Below, piece after piece: positions 18,958 to 28,169 of a DNA stretch of 64,000 nt. The stretch comes from Tepidisphaera sp. (lineage in GTDB: Bacteria; Planctomycetota; Phycisphaerae; Phycisphaerales; UBA1924): the NCBI GenBank assembly GCA_050916045.1, contig CP051526.1:2144001-2208000 (forward strand). The letters are read 5' to 3'. Under the pieces are notes generated by a model. That model was given only the letters and a program-made list of their open reading frames with translations, was not told the DNA's origin and did not search any database. Every line of letters begins with the position of its first letter. Position 1 is the first letter of the stretch. Made by a program: the position numbers and the translations under genes.

Positions 18958-21057
18958 ATGAACAGGGTCATCACAGCGGCGGCGTCTCTTTCCATGATCG
19001 TCGGCGTTGTCGGCTGCTCAACGGAGCAGTTTCAAAGCAATCTCGTCTCGACACACCTCGCCGTGCTTTCGGTCGAGAGCTTCGATTCGGCACGCCGAAA
19101 GCTGAGCCCGAACTTCAAGCTGACGGGGGACGATGCGGTCAAGCTCGTCAATCCGACGATCGGTGGAGCGGCTTCGTCGCGTCTTGATTCGCTCCGCGTG
19201 GGAGGCGAACTCGGCGTGGACATCACACCGGACGCGATCGGGCTGGGCGATGCGGAAGCGCCGGCTCTGCCGGGATCGGCTCCGCGTCCGCCGGTGTTCT
19301 CCGGACCCGCGAACTTCAAGGACCTGCTGGAGCAGGCGTCGCCTTTCCGCACCAGCCGGATCCTCGAGTATCAGCTCGCCCAGTCGCTTTTCGAGCAGGT
19401 TTCGATGCTGAACTCGACGGTGGCGGCCGCGGCCATACCTCAGGGCTACCAGGGGTACATCGTGCAGCTTCAGGTTGCGGTGATGCCCCGCACGCAGAAC
19501 CTGACGGCGGACATCTACGCCGACATCGCTTTCTTCTCGGTCACCAAGAATCTTGACATCACGAAGTCGCGTCTGGCGCAGCAGGCCCAGCTCGGGAGCG
19601 GCCAGGGTCCCCTGACGCCGGATTCGCGGCGGATCAGCATCATCCCGCTGCTGAGCACCGACAGCCTGGAATCGGTGGTGAACAGCTCGAGCGTCGACGA
19701 GGTCCGCGCGATCTCCGGCGGCCTCCGCGCCGCGGCCAGCCGCGTCAACCTCGGCGTCTCCGCCGAGCGGATCCTGGAGCAGATCCAGGCGTCGCTGGGC
19801 AAGCGGCTGTTCAGTTCGTACTCGGTCGCTCGGCTTTCGGAGAACACGCTGCGTGCCCGGTTCGGAGCGGTGCCCGACGGGTCGGGAGCGTCGCGGGCCG
19901 TCCCTCGGACGCACAAGGTGCCGGTGCTGCTGCTGATCCCCGACGACTTGGCGACTGTGCTGCAATGCAGCTGCGGCAAGGTCGAGTTGATCGCTTCGGC
20001 CAAGTATGTGATCGTCGATCCGACCACCGGTGAGGAGGGCCAAGCCATCTCGTTCACCGATCTCGTGGGCGAGGGCATGTCGAGGATCTCGAGCTATTTC
20101 GCGCTGCCGGGGGGCGATTCGCTGCTCGACGGGAGGAGTCGGGAGGATCTCGGAGAGGTGCTCAAGCTCGCGATGCTGGCGCAGAACAACGACTATCAGG
20201 GCTTCCTCGATGGGTCGAATGCTCTGACGGGACATCTGAAGAAGCGTGCGAAGCTTCCAGAGTGCGATGCGAAGTTCCAGCTGATTGCCGAGATCACGCC
20301 GGAGTCATTGTGGCTTGAGATGACCAACCTGGTCACCAAGACCCAGTACGCGGGCGCGAGGTTCACGATTTCGCCCATGCCGGCCAGGCTGACGGCACCG
20401 AAGGCGGTCGTGGCGATCGACGACGAAAAGACCGTCACGATTACGCTCGCCGGAATCCCCGCGGATCGCATCCGGCCGCACCAGGTCTCGTTGGTCATGC
20501 CGAATCTCGGAGGCAAGGAGTTCTTCCCCGATTCCATCTCCGAGGGTGCCGGCGGTGCCGCGAAGCTGACTTTCCCCAGCTTGAAGAAGTTCGACAAACA
20601 GGCGTCGCTGATGCTCTCGCTCCCAGCGGAGGAATTCGCAAAATCACCCGCCCCCGGGCCCATCCCGGTTGAATGGATCTCCAGCAAGTCAGACGCAAAG
20701 GCCCCGCCGCCGCTCCTGAGCTCCACCAGCGACTTTGTCAACACCCCCGTCAATGGCTACTCGAAAGCGGTCGTGGTCGTGAACTCCAAAGCCGCCGGGG
20801 AGGCGCCCTTCGAAGCATTCACATTGAAGATGGTGGGCGGCTCCCGCAACGTGGGGCCGAACAGCTCAGGCATGATCGTCTCTCCCGAATCCGCAGCGAA
20901 GGTTCAGGGGAACAACATCGAGATCCTCGAGAGTTGTGTGATCACGCTCGACTTGACAGGTCTGACCCCTCACGGCGACCTCAATTTCATCGCCGTCGAC
21001 AAAAAGGACTCGCCTCTCAAGCTGCCTGGCTCGACGCTCACCTTCAGGGTCCAGTGA
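18958..21057 (+). CDS. Hypothetical lipoprotein, 699 aa
   Basis: RBS AGGAGG; lipobox VVGC; long ORF with normal composition; no family recognised. Confidence 0.7.
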   Translation: MNRVITAAASLSMIVGVVGCSTEQFQSNLVSTHLAVLSVESFDSARRKLSPNFKLTGDDAVKLVNPTIGGAASSRLDSLRVGGELGVDITPDAIGLGDAEAPALPGSAPRPPVFSGPANFKDLLEQASPFRTSRILEYQLAQSLFEQVSMLNSTVAAAAIPQGYQGYIVQLQVAVMPRTQNLTADIYADIAFFSVTKNLDITKSRLAQQAQLGSGQGPLTPDSRRISIIPLLSTDSLESVVNSSSVDEVRAISGGLRAAASRVNLGVSAERILEQIQASLGKRLFSSYSVARLSENTLRARFGAVPDGSGASRAVPRTHKVPVLLLIPDDLATVLQCSCGKVELIASAKYVIVDPTTGEEGQAISFTDLVGEGMSRISSYFALPGGDSLLDGRSREDLGEVLKLAMLAQNNDYQGFLDGSNALTGHLKKRAKLPECDAKFQLIAEITPESLWLEMTNLVTKTQYAGARFTISPMPARLTAPKAVVAIDDEKTVTITLAGIPADRIRPHQVSLVMPNLGGKEFFPDSISEGAGGAAKLTFPSLKKFDKQASLMLSLPAEEFAKSPAPGPIPVEWISSKSDAKAPPPLLSSTSDFVNTPVNGYSKAVVVVNSKAAGEAPFEAFTLKMVGGSRNVGPNSSGMIVSPESAAKVQGNNIEILESCVITLDLTGLTPHGDLNFIAVDKKDSPLKLPGSTLTFRVQ

Positions 21058-21062
21058 CCTGT

Positions 21063-22136
21063 CTACCGCTTCCCGAAGAGGTAGTGCGACACAATCCACT
21101 CGCGGCCGCGATCGAATGCCCAGAGTTCCTCACAGGCCATGAAGAAGACGCGCCAGCGGTTCAGCCACGCTTGCGCGGACTTCCCGTAGTGGACGCGGAG
21201 GATGTCCATCGCGTCGCCGCGGCGGGAGTCGAGGTTGTCGAGCCACGCCCGCGCGGTGCGGCCGTAGTGCACGCCATCCACCCGCCAGTGGTCGCGGATG
21301 CGGAGATCCTCGGTGAAGTGAAGCAGCAGGTCGTCGGACGGCATCGTGCCGCCGGTGAAGAAGTACCGACCCATCCAGTCCTGCTCCTCGAAGTGGTACG
21401 CGAATCGCGTGTGCGTGAAGATGTGGACGAAGAGCTTCGCGTCCGGCTTCATCCACGACGCGACGCGTGAGAGAAGCGTCTTGTAGTTCTTCATGTGCTC
21501 GAACATCTCGACGGAGACCACGCGGTCGAACTGGTCCGTGAGCGAGAGGTCGTTGGCGTCGGCCGTGATGACCGTGGGCGGGCGGACGCCGCGGCGAGCG
21601 GCTTCGGACAGGATGAACTCCCGCTGCGGACGAGAATTGGAGACAGCGGTGATCCGCGCCGACGGGTACTTCTCGGCCATCCAAAGCGTGAGGGACCCCC
21701 AGCCGCATCCGAGTTCGAGAATGTCCATCCCGTCGCGAATCTCGGCCCGTTCGCAGGAGAGGCCGAGCATCGCTTCCTCGGCTTGGCCGAGCGTGGAGAC
21801 CCCTTCGGGCCAGAACGCCCCGCTGTACTTCAGCCTCGGGCCCAAGCAGAGCTTGAAGAACTCCGGCGGCAGTTCGTAGTGCTGCTCGTTGGCGTCCTTG
21901 GTGCGGATCGCGACGGGCGCCTGCGAGAGGTCCTCCACCATCGCGCGGAAACGGGCCGAGACCGCGTCCACGCCTCCGCGGCCTTCGAGCCCAAGCCGTT
22001 CCCGGAGCAGCTTGCGGATGCACGCCCGCATCACGACATCGGGGATCCATCCCCGGTCCAGAAGCGGCTCGTACCACGCGGGGGTCGGGGTCGTGCCGGT
22101 CGGGGCGATCGTCGGAGAGGTGAGTGCCTGTGTCAT
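21063..22136 (-). CDS. SAM-dependent methyltransferase, cyclopropane-fatty-acyl synthase family
   Basis: [24 protein letters not shown] and [10 protein letters not shown] motifs. Confidence 0.9.
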   Translation of the reverse strand: MTQALTSPTIAPTGTTPTPAWYEPLLDRGWIPDVVMRACIRKLLRERLGLEGRGGVDAVSARFRAMVEDLSQAPVAIRTKDANEQHYELPPEFFKLCLGPRLKYSGAFWPEGVSTLGQAEEAMLGLSCERAEIRDGMDILELGCGWGSLTLWMAEKYPSARITAVSNSRPQREFILSEAARRGVRPPTVITADANDLSLTDQFDRVVSVEMFEHMKNYKTLLSRVASWMKPDAKLFVHIFTHTRFAYHFEEQDWMGRYFFTGGTMPSDDLLLHFTEDLRIRDHWRVDGVHYGRTARAWLDNLDSRRGDAMDILRVHYGKSAQAWLNRWRVFFMACEELWAFDRGREWIVSHYLFGKR

Positions 22137-22963
22137 GAGGGATTCCCCGCGGAGTCAGACGACGGGCCCGCTGCGGCGGCCCGCGGAAACCAAGGAAAGA
22201 AAGCGGAGGTGGTCTGCTGGTACCGCCGGTACGCTTCCGGACGCGACTTCAAAGCACGGGCTTCCGTCGGGGGGATGCCGGTGACCTTGAGCACGAAGAA
22301 GAGGATGAGAGCAGGCGCGGTCCACGCGAGCCAGCCCATCGGCGCGGCAGTCGCGATCGTCGCGTACCCGATCCAGATCAGCCACTCGAAGAAGTAATTG
22401 GGGTGCCGCGAGTATCGCCACAAGCCGACATCGCACACCTGGCCCTTCGAGGTCGCCCGCTTCTTGAAGGCTTTGAGCTGGCCGTCCGCAAGCGACTCGC
22501 CGACGATCCCGATGATCCAGATCGCAAGGCCGGCCCAGTCCAGCCATCCCGGCCCGGGCCGCGCGTCCAGCGAACCAAGAACGAACGGCGCGGACAGAAC
22601 CACGACCAGCAACGCTTGAGCTTCGAAGAACGCAAGCATGACCGGCTGAACACGCGAGCCAAGCTTCTCCCGCATCATCTGGTATCGACCATCCTCAGGA
22701 CCCTTGAGCACGCGATCAAAAAGGAGGTGCGACACGAGCCGCAAGCCCCACACCGCGCCCATCGCCCCGAGGATCAGCCTCCGCTCCGCATCACCTGGGC
22801 CCGTCACCGCACAGAACGCCGCCGAAAGCCCCAGGCACGCCGCCCAGCCGACATCCACGACGCCCGCATCACGCGTCTTCCACTGGATCGCCCACAGCGC
22901 AAGCATCACCGCGCCCGCTCCCGCCGCGATCCACGCGAGTTGTGCCGTCCATTCGAGTGTCAC
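22133..22963 (-). CDS. DUF1295 (steroid 5-alpha-reductase-like) membrane protein
   Basis: EDGRY, ADGQL and [14 protein letters not shown] motifs; GTG start overlapping the upstream TGA. Confidence 0.88.
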   Translation of the reverse strand: MTLEWTAQLAWIAAGAGAVMLALWAIQWKTRDAGVVDVGWAACLGLSAAFCAVTGPGDAERRLILGAMGAVWGLRLVSHLLFDRVLKGPEDGRYQMMREKLGSRVQPVMLAFFEAQALLVVVLSAPFVLGSLDARPGPGWLDWAGLAIWIIGIVGESLADGQLKAFKKRATSKGQVCDVGLWRYSRHPNYFFEWLIWIGYATIATAAPMGWLAWTAPALILFFVLKVTGIPPTEARALKSRPEAYRRYQQTTSAFFPWFPRAAAAGPSSDSAGNPS

Positions 22964-24267
22964 TTGTTCACCACGACTTCGCCGACCGCCGGGATGCGGC
23001 ACATCGGCTTGGTCAGGAGCACCTGGGCATCACCGATCCGCCGCGCCCGGAACCCGCCCTCGCAGTACGCGAGGTAGTACTCCCACATCCGAATGAACCG
23101 GTCGTCAAACCCCATCGCCCGGACCTCGTCGAGCTTCGCGAGGAATGTCTCCCGCCACATGCGAAGCGTCGTGACGTAATGGGGCCCGATGTCCTCCATG
23201 TGCCAAAGGCGCATGTCGGTCTTGCGCTCCACCGCGTCCAGGATCGCTCCCATCGACGGGATGCAGCTTCCGGGGAAGATGTACTTCTTGATGAAGTCCT
23301 GCGTGCGGGCCGCCGCTCGGAAATACTGATCGCGGATCACGATCGACTGGATGAGCGCCGCCCCGGTCGGCTTGAGGAGCTTGGAGCAGGCACCGAAGTA
23401 CCCCGGGAGGTTCTCCGCTCCGACCGCTTCGAGCATCTCGATGCTCACGATCTTGTCGAACTCGCCCTTGAGGTCGCGGTAGTCGGACTTCAGGACCGTA
23501 ACGCGGCCCTCAAGCCCGGCTTCGCGTACGCGCTGCTCAGCCAGCCGATGCTGCTCCTCCGAAAGCGTCGTCGTGGTCACCCGGCACCCGTACCGCGACG
23601 CCGCGTGCACCGCGAGGGCGCCCCAGCCGGTCCCGATCTCAAGCAGATGGTCCGAGGGCGAGAGGAACAGCTTGCGGCATGACCGGTCGATCTTCTCGAT
23701 CTGGGCTTCCTCGAGCGTCCGGGCACCGTTCTCGAAGATCGCGCACGAGTACGTCATCGTCGGATCGAGAAACAGTCTGAAAAACTCGTTCCCCAGGTCG
23801 TAGTGCGCGACGATGTTCCGCTTGCTCCCCGCCCGCGTGTTTCGGTCGAGCCAGTAAGCCGCCGTCGCGACGGGCGCGAGAGCGCGGGCCAGCGGGCCCT
23901 CGAGCGCATCCATCGCGTCGATGTTCACCGTGATCGTCTCGATCAGGGCCGCGAGGTCGTCAGAAGCCCACGCTCCGTCGATGTAGGTCGCCGCGGCGCC
24001 CATGCTCCCGCCGAACGCGACCGCCGAGTAGAAGGACGGATCGATCACGCGCACGGTCGCGGCGGCCTGGCCGCCGGGGGGCTCGAACGCGACCTCGCCG
24101 CGTTCGTCCACCAGCCGGAGCCCGCCGTGAACGATCCGCCCGAACGAAGCGTGCACCATCCGACGGCCGATGGACTCCAGGTATCCGGGGATCCGACTCT
24201 GCCGCGCGGCCCGATCTCGGATCGACGGACGATCCAGCGCTGGCATGTCGGCTTGCAGTGAGGTCAT
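22960..24267 (-). CDS. cfa: Cyclopropane/methyl fatty-acyl phospholipid synthase (Cfa/UfaM-like)
   Basis: NIVAHYDLGNEFF, MTYSCA, LEIGTGWG, FIKKYIFPG and WEYYLAYCEGGF motifs. Confidence 0.9.
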   Translation of the reverse strand: MTSLQADMPALDRPSIRDRAARQSRIPGYLESIGRRMVHASFGRIVHGGLRLVDERGEVAFEPPGGQAAATVRVIDPSFYSAVAFGGSMGAAATYIDGAWASDDLAALIETITVNIDAMDALEGPLARALAPVATAAYWLDRNTRAGSKRNIVAHYDLGNEFFRLFLDPTMTYSCAIFENGARTLEEAQIEKIDRSCRKLFLSPSDHLLEIGTGWGALAVHAASRYGCRVTTTTLSEEQHRLAEQRVREAGLEGRVTVLKSDYRDLKGEFDKIVSIEMLEAVGAENLPGYFGACSKLLKPTGAALIQSIVIRDQYFRAAARTQDFIKKYIFPGSCIPSMGAILDAVERKTDMRLWHMEDIGPHYVTTLRMWRETFLAKLDEVRAMGFDDRFIRMWEYYLAYCEGGFRARRIGDAQVLLTKPMCRIPAVGEVVVNK

Positions 24268-25073
24268 GAATGGTCTCCTGTCGAGGTCGTCGTCGCCACG
24301 GGCAGCGGTGGCGTCTGCGGGTGCGGGTAGAAGGGGGTGCCGCGAAGCCAGAGCTTCAGGGCTTCAAGGTGGATCCTGGCGATCACCTGAACGGTCATCA
24401 ACGGACGGCGGACAAGGAGCATGCGGAGCAGCCCCGGCGTGATCTCCCGCCGCTCAAGCCGAAGCGTGGCATCGAACACCTTCGGCGTTTCCGGTCGTCG
24501 GTCGCGCACGTTCATGTGGACGAGAAGCCCGTCCCGCGGCGGCGTGAAGGTCCAGTCGTACTCGAGGTCCATAGGCAGGAACGGCGAGACGTGGAATTCC
24601 TTGCCGAACCGCCACCGCAGGGGTCGCTCTTCCACCGACGCGGGCACCCGCTCGCGATCAAGGACGTACGCGTGACGCTCACCCCACGGGGTGTTAGTGA
24701 TCTCCGCCACGACGGCCGTCACGCGTTCCGCATCGTCGAAGCAGTAGTAGAAGGTCACCGGATTGAAAACGTAGCCGAAATACCGCAGATGCGTGAGCAT
24801 CCGGATCGGACCCGTCGGTCGCCGTCCGATCGACTCCTCGACCCGCGCACGAACCGCTTCATCCAGCGGCACGTCCCGCGAACCGAGATAGTCATCGCGC
24901 GCGAACCTCGCCGGGCAAAGCCGGGACCTGCCCCAAAGCCGCGTCATCGAGAACACCCGGTCCGTCTCCGCGAGATCCAGATACACCATATAGAGCGGGA
25001 ACGTGAAGCTCCGCGCAGGCTCCCGACGTCGGTGCCGCACATGCCCTTCGTAGATGGCGCTCCGGAGATTCAA
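24264..25073 (-). CDS. DUF1365 protein (UfaO-like)
   Basis: HRRREP, GYVFNPVTFYYC, EITNTPWGERH and KEFHVSPF motifs; TTG start overlapping the upstream TGA. Confidence 0.88.
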   Translation of the reverse strand: MNLRSAIYEGHVRHRRREPARSFTFPLYMVYLDLAETDRVFSMTRLWGRSRLCPARFARDDYLGSRDVPLDEAVRARVEESIGRRPTGPIRMLTHLRYFGYVFNPVTFYYCFDDAERVTAVVAEITNTPWGERHAYVLDRERVPASVEERPLRWRFGKEFHVSPFLPMDLEYDWTFTPPRDGLLVHMNVRDRRPETPKVFDATLRLERREITPGLLRMLLVRRPLMTVQVIARIHLEALKLWLRGTPFYPHPQTPPLPVATTTSTGDHS

Positions 25074-26311
25074 AGCCCGACCCCCAGACGCTCGCACACG
25101 CGCAGGGCGCTCGTCACTCCGTCCTCATGAAAGCCGTTCCCCCAGTACGCCCCGCAGTAGTGCGTCCGGTTCACCCCGCTGATCTCGGCCCAGCGGCCGC
25201 GGGCGGCTTCGCCCCCCATCGTGTAAAGCGGGTGCGCGTACGAGAACCGGCGGATGATCTTCGACGGATTGATCCGCTCGGTGGCGTTCAGCGTCACACA
25301 AAGGGGTTCCCGCGTCGCAAAGCCCTGTAGCATCGACATGTTGTACGTCACCACCGCCGGCTTTGCACTGTCGGGCGTCACAATGTAGTTCCACGCCGCC
25401 CAGCACCGCTCCCGGTCGGGCAGCAGCGATCGATCCGTGTGAAGCACCACATCGTTGGGCTGGTACGGCATGGCGCCGAGCACGGCCCGCTCCGCCGGCG
25501 TGGCATCCGCGAGCAGCTTCAGCGATTCGTCCGAATGCGAGGCCAGAATGACCTCGTCAAACCGCTCTTCCCCCGCCGCCGTGCGCACGAAGACGCCGTC
25601 GGCGGTCCGACGGACCGACTCGACGCCGTGTCCGACGCGAACGAGGCTCTTGAGCACGCTCATCATCGCATCAATGTAACAGCGGGAGCCCCCGACGATC
25701 GTCCGCCACTGGAGGCGGTCCGTATGGTCGAGCATCCCGTGGTTGTCGAAGAACCTCAGGATGAACCGAGCCGGAAACCGCATCAGATCCTCCCGAGGAG
25801 CCGACCACACCGCCGCCGCCATCGGAAGAAGGTAACCGTCCAGAAAGGCCCGCGAGAATCGCCCCGAATCGCAGAGCATCCCGATCGTCGTCTCCGGCGG
25901 CAGGTCCGCCAGCGCCGTCCGGCCCGTCCGCCGAAGCCGCATCGCGCCCAGGATGACGCTCCACCAGCGCGGACGCAGCAGGTTTGTCGCCGATCCGATG
26001 ATCCCGGCTTTCCGCTCTCCGCCGTACTCGAATCCGCCGGCTTCATCCTTCAAGCTGAATGACATGGTGGTCGGCCGCGACGCCACGCCGAGCCTGGACA
26101 TCAGGTTGCAGAAGTTGGGGTAGTTCCGCTCGTTGAAGACGATGAACCCCGTGTCGACCGGGAGGGTCCGCCCTTCGTGCTCGACCGGCACCGTGCTTGT
26201 GTGCCCACCCAGGCGGCTGTCCTTCTCAAAGACCACCACCTCGTGCGCCCCGGCGAGGAGGTACGCGCACGTCAAACCGCTGATGCCCGACCCCACGATC
26301 GCGATCCTCAC
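25070..26311 (-). CDS. FAD-dependent oxidoreductase (UfaD-like)
   Basis: IAIVGSGISG, VDTGFIVFNERNYPNF and CGAYWGNGFHEDG motifs. Confidence 0.9.
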   Translation of the reverse strand: MRIAIVGSGISGLTCAYLLAGAHEVVVFEKDSRLGGHTSTVPVEHEGRTLPVDTGFIVFNERNYPNFCNLMSRLGVASRPTTMSFSLKDEAGGFEYGGERKAGIIGSATNLLRPRWWSVILGAMRLRRTGRTALADLPPETTIGMLCDSGRFSRAFLDGYLLPMAAAVWSAPREDLMRFPARFILRFFDNHGMLDHTDRLQWRTIVGGSRCYIDAMMSVLKSLVRVGHGVESVRRTADGVFVRTAAGEERFDEVILASHSDESLKLLADATPAERAVLGAMPYQPNDVVLHTDRSLLPDRERCWAAWNYIVTPDSAKPAVVTYNMSMLQGFATREPLCVTLNATERINPSKIIRRFSYAHPLYTMGGEAARGRWAEISGVNRTHYCGAYWGNGFHEDGVTSALRVCERLGVGL

Positions 26312-27255
26312 GCTTGCGCTCCCTTCCCGTCGTTCGCGCCGCGGGCGCCCTCAAGCCAGCCGGTCGCATACGCCCGAAGCTCCGTCATCGAGGCGCACAC
26401 CTTCACCCGCTCGCGAACCTTCGCCGGAAGCGCTCCCACGCTCCTCCCCCCCACCACGATCCGCCCGCCGCTCTCCGTCGCGGACCTTTCGAGCGCAAGC
26501 CAAGCCGACTCGGACTTCGCCGCCGGCGCCGCGCTCACGCTGATACTGCAAAGCCTCGCCCGGTACCGGCTCATCGCCAACGCCACCGTCTCAAGCGGCG
26601 TGAAAGCCCCAAGGTTGTGCGCACGGATCCCGCCCTCGCGGAGCACGAGGCACGCGAGCATCGGCGCGAGCAGGTACGGATCCTCCGGCGCCCCCGCCGT
26701 CACCGCCGCCGGTGCACCCGCCGGCGGCTCACCAAGCCACGACCCGATCTCCGAAAGGGCGTGCAAACACGAATCGACGGCCCGGTGCTCGAGCAGGATC
26801 CCCTCAGGGCTCTCGTGCCAGAGCGATCCAAGCCGCTGCATCACGGGTCTGATCAGGTCGTCCGCGAGGCTCGCGATGTCCGCTCCGCCGAGAAACCGAC
26901 CGGCAAGAACCGCGCGGGCCTCGGCGGGCCGATCGTTCGCGAGCGCTTCGTAAAGCCCCTCGGTCGCATCGTCGTCCAGAGCCGCGATCTGCGGAACGCT
27001 CTGAATCGGAAGCAGGTGGGGCTTGGCCAGCGGCGATCCATGGCGGCGGATGAATCCAATCGCGGCGGCGAGCGAAATGCGTCGGTGCCCCCCCGCGGTC
27101 CGGTCCGCCGCGATGGTGCCATCGTCCACCCACCGCTTGATCGAAGACTCGCTGACCCCGAGGGAATCCGCGAGCTGGCGGCTGGTGAGAAACGGGGATG
27201 GCCTTGAATTGCGAACGATTTGAACGATTATCCCCGGACGCCGAGAACCGGTCAA
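26308..27255 (-). CDS. MerR/excisionase-type HTH regulator with B12-binding-like domain (CarH/LitR-like); start uncertain
   Basis: LTSRQLADSLGVSESSIKRW...RTAGGHRR; W-x9-EH (WHESPEGILLEH); NLGAFTP; the lower-ligand ExH is replaced by EDPY. Confidence 0.82.
   Translation of the reverse strand: MTGSRRPGIIVQIVRNSRPSPFLTSRQLADSLGVSESSIKRWVDDGTIAADRTAGGHRRISLAAAIGFIRRHGSPLAKPHLLPIQSVPQIAALDDDATEGLYEALANDRPAEARAVLAGRFLGGADIASLADDLIRPVMQRLGSLWHESPEGILLEHRAVDSCLHALSEIGSWLGEPPAGAPAAVTAGAPEDPYLLAPMLACLVLREGGIRAHNLGAFTPLETVALAMSRYRARLCSISVSAAPAAKSESAWLALERSATESGGRIVVGGRSVGALPAKVRERVKVCASMTELRAYATGWLEGARGANDGKGAQA
27213..27229. promoter_or_regulatory. Candidate operator copy 1 (GAACGATTTGAACGATT)
   Basis: Exact 17-bp match to 27340-27356; 9-bp direct-repeat structure; overlaps the -10 element. 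Confidence 0.6.
27227..27255 (-). promoter_or_regulatory. Sigma70-type promoter for the regulator/fatty-acid operon
   Basis: TTGACC-17 nt-GATAAT on the minus strand. Confidence 0.6.
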
Positions 27256-27337
27256 GAGTACAGAGGCTTGTTTGCCCCTGATTTTCCCGCCTGATGATTG
27301 ACGCTCGACCAGTCCCATAGAATGCCTAGGATTCGCC

Positions 27338-28111
27338 ATGAACGATTTGAACGATTCGCGCCGGCCCAAGTTCAAGCTCTACACCTTCCGCGCCATCGCC
27401 GCCGCGACCGCTCTCGCCGCCGGCTGCAGCACGACGACCTCCACGCCGGAGACGGCCTACACCCCACCCTCGCCCGCCAAGGCCCCCGCCTATCCCGATC
27501 CCGGCATGGCCGTTCGCGTGGGAGGCGACATGAACGCCGCCGTGACCGGGACTGACGGCGATTTCCGGTTTGGGCCCTGCCGCGTTGATACGCCGCTCCC
27601 GGTCGGTTATCCCCGGCCGACGCCCCCGGGCGCGATCGAGGTCAAGACCTATCCCGCGGCTCGCTTGGCCGAGGTGACAGGCTCCGGCGATCCCGACAGC
27701 GGGATGAACGGCGCGTTCTGGCCTCTCTTCAACCACATCAAGAGCAAAGACATCGCGATGACCTCGCCGGTTGAAATGAACTACACGGGCATGGACGGCG
27801 AAGCGGCCAAGCAGCCGACCTCCTGGTCCATGGCGTTCCTCTACCGCTCGCCCGACATGAACAAGACAGGCCCGGATGGCAAGGTGACCGTCCGCGATGT
27901 CGCTCCGATCACGGTGCTCTCCATCGGCCTCAAGGGTGACTACTCGATGGAACTCGTCGAGCGCGGCCGCGAGGCCCTCCGCGATTTCCTCGCCGCCAAC
28001 CCGCGCTGGCGCATCGCCGGCGACTGGCGTGCTCTGTACTACAACGGCCCCGCGATCCTCTTCTGGAACAAGTGGGCCGAGATCCAGGTGCCGGTCCGTG
28101 CGGTCGAGTAA
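27338..28111 (+). CDS. SOUL heme-binding family lipoprotein
   Basis: Lipobox AAGC; IEVKTYP, AFWPLFNHI, IAMTSPV, MAFLY and YNGP motifs. Confidence 0.82.
   Translation: MNDLNDSRRPKFKLYTFRAIAAATALAAGCSTTTSTPETAYTPPSPAKAPAYPDPGMAVRVGGDMNAAVTGTDGDFRFGPCRVDTPLPVGYPRPTPPGAIEVKTYPAARLAEVTGSGDPDSGMNGAFWPLFNHIKSKDIAMTSPVEMNYTGMDGEAAKQPTSWSMAFLYRSPDMNKTGPDGKVTVRDVAPITVLSIGLKGDYSMELVERGREALRDFLAANPRWRIAGDWRALYYNGPAILFWNKWAEIQVPVRAVE
27340..27356. promoter_or_regulatory. Candidate operator copy 2 (GAACGATTTGAACGATT)
   Basis: Exact match to 27213-27229; lies on the start of the divergent SOUL gene. Confidence 0.6.
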
Positions 28112-28169
28112 TCGCATCCTCCGCCACCGGCCTTACAGCGCCGAACTCTCGGAACGCGGAGACCTCCCC

